Source: Eledone cirrhosa
Taxonomy: Eukaryota
DNA length: 64,000 bases
Direction: 5' to 3'
NCBI GenBank assembly: GCA_964016885.1
Contig: OZ024745.1
Coordinates: 97,464,001 to 97,528,000 of the forward strand
Under the pieces are notes generated by a model that was given only the letters and a program-made list of their open reading frames with translations, was not told where the DNA came from and did no database searches. Position numbers and translations under genes: made by a program. Shown here piece after piece: positions 56,781 to 64,000 of this stretch (the first letter of the stretch is position 1; the number at the start of each line of letters is the position of its first letter).

Positions 56781-58163
56781 TTTACAAACCTCTCTTCTAG
56801 AGGAAGGGGTTGTGTCTATGACTTTTCACAAGCCCTCAACATCACTATATACATTATATAGTGCACTTGCTACATATATAAGTAAAAGTTGTTTTTACTC
56901 TCACCACCATCACCAGCAACATTATAAACAATAATTAAGAAAACATATTTATTAACTTTTAGAATCCCTGGGGTGGCTGTTATTCTCAGACACAAAATTA
57001 AATTCCATTAAGAACACATTAGGCAGTTAATAAGCTTATTTTTGACGGTTTATTGTTAAGTTGCTGATTTCACCACAATAGTAACCCATCCTCTCTAACT
57101 CAACCACTCTCTCTCACCAACTCAACCTCTCTCTCTCTCTCTCTAACTCAACTTCTCTCTCTAACTATCTCTCACTCTCTAACTCAACCTCCTTTTCTCT
57201 ATATTTCAAGCTCTCCCTCTCACCCAGTTTCTCTATCTAACTCAACTTCTCCCTCTTTCTCTCTAATTTAGCATCCCCTCTTTAACTCAGCCTTTTTTCT
57301 TTTTAACTGAATCTCTATCTCTCTAACCCCTCCCCCATCTCTCTCTCTCCCTCTCCCTCTCGCTCCATCCATCTCTTTTCAAACATATTTAGACAAACAC
57401 CCACTTACATATAAACAATAAAAACAAGTTCAGCAATATTTTTTTTTTTTTTCAATTATCAAATTCACCTGTTTAAACTTTTCAGAATATCTTAATTAAA
57501 CTAAATTGCAATTGGTTGAATAATTAAATTGTGATTAATTATTCTAATTGAAGATAACCTTAAATATATATATATAATCAACATACAATATTTATTTAAA
57601 AAAAAAACAAAAAAAAAACAAGTTTATGAAATTACAAATTTACTAATATTTTTACTGACTGGGAATAAAGTTGAATATGTAATAAGTATTAGATGATAAT
57701 GTGCTGTTCTACTTTATGTTTCCTCATCAAGTACACCATTCTCCTGGTATCTGTATCATTAAAAGCAACAGTGTGGCTTAATGGCTGCTATATACTCATA
57801 AATTTCTTACTTAATGGTAGTAACTATTCTAAGTGTAAGCCGAGTACAGTTTTAACTCTTTCACAACCACAGCTAATATATGATACCAACTATATACATA
57901 TATATATATTACCTTCATAATCCTCACCACTGTTTTAAGACTATTTTCCACATGTGAATGGGTTAGATAGGTTGTCATGCTGTGTGGCTAGATAGTCAGA
58001 TCAGATGACTGTCAAGTGCTCATACATTCCATTTTGGAATAGTTTCTACAGCTAAGTATCTTTCCTAACACAAACCAGTACACAGCAGCATGTATTGAGA
58101 TGGTTTCTTTGTGGCACCACCACTACCAATTTACAGTGTAGGCTAGGTGCAGTTTATCGTGGC

Positions 58164-58263
<100 letters not shown>

Positions 58264-58468
58264 GCCGGAGTATCGCTAAAAAGCTTTCTCCGATATTGTA
58301 TTTATATATATATATATATATATATGAAATACGTCCCTTCACGCACAAGGCGCCAAGCTACGCATGTATTGTCCAACCAAGTGCCAATGTGGTTCAATGA
58401 CGGGTTAATAAATTAACGAGCCAGAACAAATATAAACAAGGTTTAGTAAATAATGAAAAAGTTTCAAA

Positions 58469-58554
<86 letters not shown>

Positions 58555-58754
58555 TTGGCCGGAGTATCGCTAAAAAGCTTTCTCCGATATTGTATTTATG
58601 TGTGTGTGTGTGTGTGTGTCTGTGTGTGTGTGGGGGGGGGGGGGGGGGTTGATTACAAGGAAGAGGCCGGACTGGTGATATTCCTTTAAAGTTTTGTTTC
58701 TGCAAAAACACTAGGTATATTTCAATGGCCTGGTTACGTAAGATCCTGGTGAAC

Positions 58755-58785
<31 letters not shown>

Positions 58786-58787
<2 letters not shown>

Positions 58788-59345
58788 CGTTGGTACGGTC
58801 ACGTGATGCGCATGAAAGACGACAGCTGTATAACAAAGTGCAGGGCAATAAAGATAGACGGTAGCCACGGAGTAGGCAGACCCAGAAAAACATGGGACGA
58901 GCTGATAAATTCCGACCTCACACGCTTACACCTCTCCAAGACAATGTCACTGGACCGAGACCTTTGGCGGTACTCAGTAATAGAGAAGACCCGCCTTACC
59001 TAAATACAAAGTAAAAACCTACTACAGTCAGTAGGCATCTCTATCAAAACACACCCCCGTCCCACAACATCCAGGCCGAAACAAATGAGATCGTGTAGGT
59101 GTCACGACAAAAAACACACAGTCCACGCTGTAAATGTGGCCGTGTAGGCAACACGGTAAAAACCTCCCAGCCCCACACTGTAAATGTGGTTGGTGTTAGG
59201 AAGGGCATCCAACTGTAGAAAACCCGCCAGACAGTCCTATGCGAGCAAGACAACCACTCTTGCCTCAAGTGGGAAAACCCCCGTCCAAACCCATGCAAGC
59301 GTGGAACACGGACGCAAAACCTGATGATGATGATGATGATGATGA

Positions 59346-59348
<3 letters not shown>
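58786..59348 (+). mobile_element. 3' fragment of the same RTE LINE family
   Basis: RWYGHVMRM...GRPRKTWDELI...DRDLWR, homologous to 45110-45750; (GAT)n tail. Confidence 0.88.
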
Positions 59349-59393
<45 letters not shown>

Positions 59394-59466
59394 GTTAATA
59401 TTTGACAAAATTTAAATCCATTTAATGTAACAATCATAATATTCATAAAAAAATCTTATTATTTTG

Positions 59467-59496
<30 letters not shown>

Positions 59497-59504
<8 letters not shown>

Positions 59505-59728
59505 CAAAATGTTAATAAATGAAAAATATTCTCATAATCAAAATATATATTTTATTATACATAATTCAAAGGTACAATGGTGTTTAAGTACGTTTTCATC
59601 AGACAAAATATAAGATTTGATATGTGACATACCGTACTTAAACACCATTGTACCTTTGAAATATGTATAATAAAATATATATTTTGATTATGAGAATATT
59701 TTTCATTTATTAACATTTTGAATAATAT
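59497..59728. repeat. Long near-perfect inverted repeat (96-bp arms, 40-bp spacer)
   Basis: 59497-59592 is the reverse complement of 59633-59728, with one mismatch seen. Confidence 0.95.
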
Positions 59729-60014
59729 TAAATACTCTAGGAAAATCTCTTGTCGAGTGCTTCTAATCTATTGTAAAATTGTATTTGTTGATTAATCAAC
59801 GAACCATATTAATCTTTGGTTTTATCATTTTCATTTTTTCAAAAAAAAAAAAAAAAAAGTTTTATATATATATATATATTAAAATGTTACCCAACACCAA
59901 CACTTATTTGAATTGATATAACTTTTTCACCTATACCTTTCCTGTTTTTATATTTGAAAAATGTATGTATATATGCACACGGGCATGTGTGTGTATGTAT
60001 GCACGTAAATACAG

Positions 60015-60080
<66 letters not shown>

Positions 60081-61245
60081 AATTAGACCTAACTCTTCTG
60101 AATTTATTTAACTTGCAGACATAATTCTAGTTTGACTAATTTTACCACATGGTATATATATGAAAAGATACAAACTATTTTAGTCTGAGAAAACTGAAAT
60201 CGAGATATAAAAATATACATCACAAGAGACGTGCACATTATTTCAAATGATTTTGTTTAGAATCTGAAGACATATATCTTGTTTCAATCTACTAAAATAA
60301 AAATCTTTTTTTCAGGCTTCACTGGCCATGTAATTAAGTGGCAATATGTATCCAGAACAGGAAATAAATTCCATAATCAATTGAGAAAAAAATAATGAAA
60401 GAAAAAAAATTATATTTTTGCTCATTAAGCCTCAAGGGGTTATTCTCAATTAGTTAAGTGATATTAAAGTAGCTTGAAAACTTCTTACTGACTCACTGAC
60501 ACAATTTATATGGCAATATTTGATTTAACCACAGACTAAGAAGTCTTCAAAACAGTACAAGCTACATTCAGTGTCAAATGAAGGCAACGAGGTCATTTAG
60601 AAATAAATGCTTTGCTCAACTTTCAACACTAATTAATGTTTTGATAATTACATAGAAATGTTCTACTGGTGCAGATCTAAGTGCCTCTTTCATAACAAAC
60701 ACTTTACCTGTAAGACACAACAATATAACTAGTGTCACAAACGTTTTTATCAACAATTTGCACTAACAAGAAGAGATTAGTTCACTTATAAAGATTAAAT
60801 TGAACTATTCACCTAATCCTTTCCTTCCTATTTACACAATGGTCCAACTAATCAACAACAAATGTATGATTTAATTATTTTTTTTAATGTCTCTAAAGAA
60901 ATCCCACAAGCCTTTGGCTCTAGTTTCCTAGCATTACAATAAATAAGAAACATCTTGTAAGATAGGATACTGAGATCTTGCAGAAGACATTACTAAGAGA
61001 TCTCATACCTATTCTCCTTACAGGTAGATATTGAAATAATGGTTTCTAACATAGGCACAAGGCTGGTAGGTGTTCAAATAATGTTTAACATAATGGAATA
61101 GATCACTGTTTATTTTGACAAGGAGTGCTCCAGTTATTCAATCAACAGAACAGTCTGCTCATGGAATCAATATGAAAATGGCTGAGTATTCCAGACATAT
61201 GTATATACCCTTAGCATAATTCTCATAGAATTTCACTAAGGGAAA

Positions 61246-61283
<38 letters not shown>

Positions 61284-62289
61284 TTTTCCCCCTTATGAAA
61301 CTGCCCCTGTTCAGTCTATTTAAAGCTGTAATGATATACTTAATTTATATTCCATTTCTAACATAGACTCAATGATATATTGAAGCTGAAGTGTTGACAA
61401 ATGTCCGAGATATCAGCAATCTATCCCAATGATACATGTCCAGACAGTCTGGGAGAATACTATCTGAAGTACAGAACCTCACACACAAGCTGCCCTGTGA
61501 TTGAATCAGACAGAATGAAGAAAGTATTACTCCAGGATAGCAAGAGAGACCACATAGAAATAGCTATTCCAACTCTTAAGAAATAGCTATTCCAACTCTT
61601 AGATCTTATGATTGTGATTAAGCACTTCCAGTTGGTAAAGGTGGGTAACTTCTTCCTGGTGCTGAAAACAGTATTATTGGCTTTACAGCTGTGGTACAGC
61701 TGTAAGTAAACCACTTGAGTACTTGAGGCTGTTGATTAGTTTCTGGTCACATGCTTAACATTCTGGGGTAGGTCAAGTTTATTTTCTGCAGTGATGAGTC
61801 AACTTAGAACTGACAGTATGTATGGTTAACTGACTTGACAGAGAGTTCAAGGTCAGGAGTTATTGGGTAGTAAGGAAGATATGGACTGTGATTTGATTGA
61901 GAGGTGGTCAGCTGCTGATGATGGTTGAAAACAAGGTCAAGTGTGCTTAAAGAATCAGGGTCAGAAGAACAAGCAATACTGAGTGGAGTTCTACACATGA
62001 GAGAGCATTGTCTTAGGGTATCATTGGGGTATGTATGATATAGGTTGTGATGATTGAGTAATCCTTCTCATATTTTTGTTGTATTTAGCCTCACTGTTGT
62101 TATTATTCACTTTCACTGCAATGGTGAATAACAATTAACTGTTCATTCATTTATTCTTGTCTTAGAAATATAAGGAAATAGAAGACATGATGGAGTAAAC
62201 AGATTAAGACCAAAAAGAAGATACACAGAAAAGATCAAATAGTCAGGAGATCAGAGGAAAGAGCTTCATCAAAATAACCAACAACTAAT

Positions 62290-62472
62290 AATAATTGTTT
62301 CTATTTTGGGCACAAGGCCAGCAATTATCCTAGTGCATTACTGGTACTTTATTTTATCAACCTCGTAAGTTTGAAAGGCAAAGTTAACCTCAGTGGGATT
62401 TGAACTCAGACCGTAAAGGGATGTAACTTTTTGCTGCAAAACATGGCGTCCAGCTCTCTACTGATACTGCCC
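62290..62472 (-). mobile_element. tRNA-derived SINE, same family
   Basis: Homology to 8303-8487. Confidence 0.88.
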
Positions 62473-63041
62473 AACAACAACTACTAATAAAGCTGAAGTG
62501 AAAGTCATTAGTGCTTTTATTGGCAAAATGACCATCCCCAAATATAACAAAAAAAAAATCCCACTAAAGTTTGAGAACAGTTGATCCACATGAACATACA
62601 AGACACAAGGCTATAAAGAGAAGGGGGGGGGGGGGTATTTGTCTGGGGTGGGGAAAATATTTTTTTGTAATGTGTTTGCTTTTTGTAGGAAATGAGGAGT
62701 AAAACCAAGGTTGAAGTGAAGTTCACCACATGTTTGGTGGGTAGGTGGCAGAGTTTAGACTGAACTAAAGTTCACCACATGTATTGGTAGGTGGCTGGGT
62801 GGCTGTGTTTAGTCTGTTCCTGAACAAAACAGATAATTCTGATTACTTTTTAGTTTTAACTAACAGACATGTCTTCCTTCACAGCTGACTGAGAAGTTAT
62901 AGAGTAACCATCCAGCTGTAAAAACAGTTGCTGGAATATATGAATGTAGAAATGTTTGAAAGCCATGCTAGCAGGTAAACTAGATGACTCCCACACACAT
63001 GGAAAATATTACCTTCATGCAGATATTATTTATTTATTGAA

Positions 63042-63223
63042 TTGGCAGTATCGGTAGAGGGTCCAACGCCATGCTTTGACGCATAGAGTTTCGGCCCTTG
63101 CCATTCTGAGTTCAAATCCCGCCGAGGTTAACTTTGCCTTTCATCCTTACGGGGTCGATAAAATAAAGTACCAGTAATACACTGGGTATTTGCTGGCCTT
63201 GTGCCAAAAGTAGAAACAATTAT
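63042..63223 (+). mobile_element. tRNA-derived SINE, same family; the only plus-strand copy seen
   Basis: TTGGCAGTATCGGTAGAGGGTC...GAGTTCAAATCCCGCCGAGGTTAACTTTGCCTTTCATCC...AGAAACAATTATT. Confidence 0.9.
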
Positions 63224-64000
63224 TTATTTATCTATTTATAGACCCTTATCAACATGACCCAGTTGTTAAGAAATATACTTCGCAACGTCATGTTCGGGAA
63301 ACTTGGGCAAGTATGTTTATTATAAGCTCTGGTCGATCTAAACCGTGTGAATGGAATTGGGTAAACTGAAGCCTGTTAGATGGATTGTATCTGTAATTAC
63401 ACTTATAATGATTCCAGCTGAGAATTGCATTAAAGGTATGTTTGTGAAAATACTCAGCCATTTTGTCTGGAACTCTAACAACATTACCAATCTGCCACCC
63501 TTTAACCCAGGGGTCACAAACACAAGTACTTAAATGGATTATAGTCTAGAGAGAGGTACAGTGGGACAAAGGTGAGATGAGGGTTGAAGGCATGATTTCC
63601 ACCAGTTATAATGCTAATCTACAATACAGCTGATAGACTGCTATTTATTATTTTTTTACACCAAAATAAATACACATATTTCTTTGTGTTGAAGACGCTA
63701 TTGTTTTCATAAAATAAGGCTCGAAAATCTACCATGCATCCTAGAGAGTGAAGGTTGCATTTCTCATAGGCATACCCTAACCCCAGAGGAAAAATTATCT
63801 ATGCTAAACAGTAATCTGAACTCCTGTATGACATCTCAATGAAGTATATAAATTCTACTTAGTTAAAGTAGTAAAAAACAATAGGTAACGAGACCTGAAG
63901 TGCTGGGACATTCTTTCTATGTTTATCATTGTTTTTCAAATTTTCGGTTGTCAAAATTGGGGTGTGTTCTCGAGGGTGAAGAATCTTCGATGTCAGGAAA

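Noticed and set aside
61400-62050. Possible degraded LINE fragment
   Set aside because: No confident endonuclease or RT motif by eye.

Overview
AT-rich, microsatellite-laden eukaryotic genomic DNA. The SINE, RTE-LINE and MITE content is most like an Octopus (coleoid cephalopod) genome; this is an inference, not a database result. There is one host protein-coding gene: a minus-strand brain tumor (brat/ncl-1)-like TRIM-NHL gene. Its CDS is two exons (49253-48514 and 33001-31465) joined by a phase-2 GT-AG intron of about 15.5 kb, giving about 758 aa. It carries an intact RING, two B-boxes, a coiled coil and an NHL propeller. The rest is repeats: a decayed ~5 kb piggyBac whose transposase N-terminus was expanded by a 30-bp minisatellite, two TTAA-type MITE families that nest repeatedly, RTE and RLE-type non-LTR fragments, a 5S rRNA pseudogene, more than 20 tRNA-SINE copies almost all in one orientation, several hammerhead-ribozyme-like motifs of the Penelope type, and long inverted repeats. 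Most ORFs in the supplied track are microsatellite or minisatellite artefacts.
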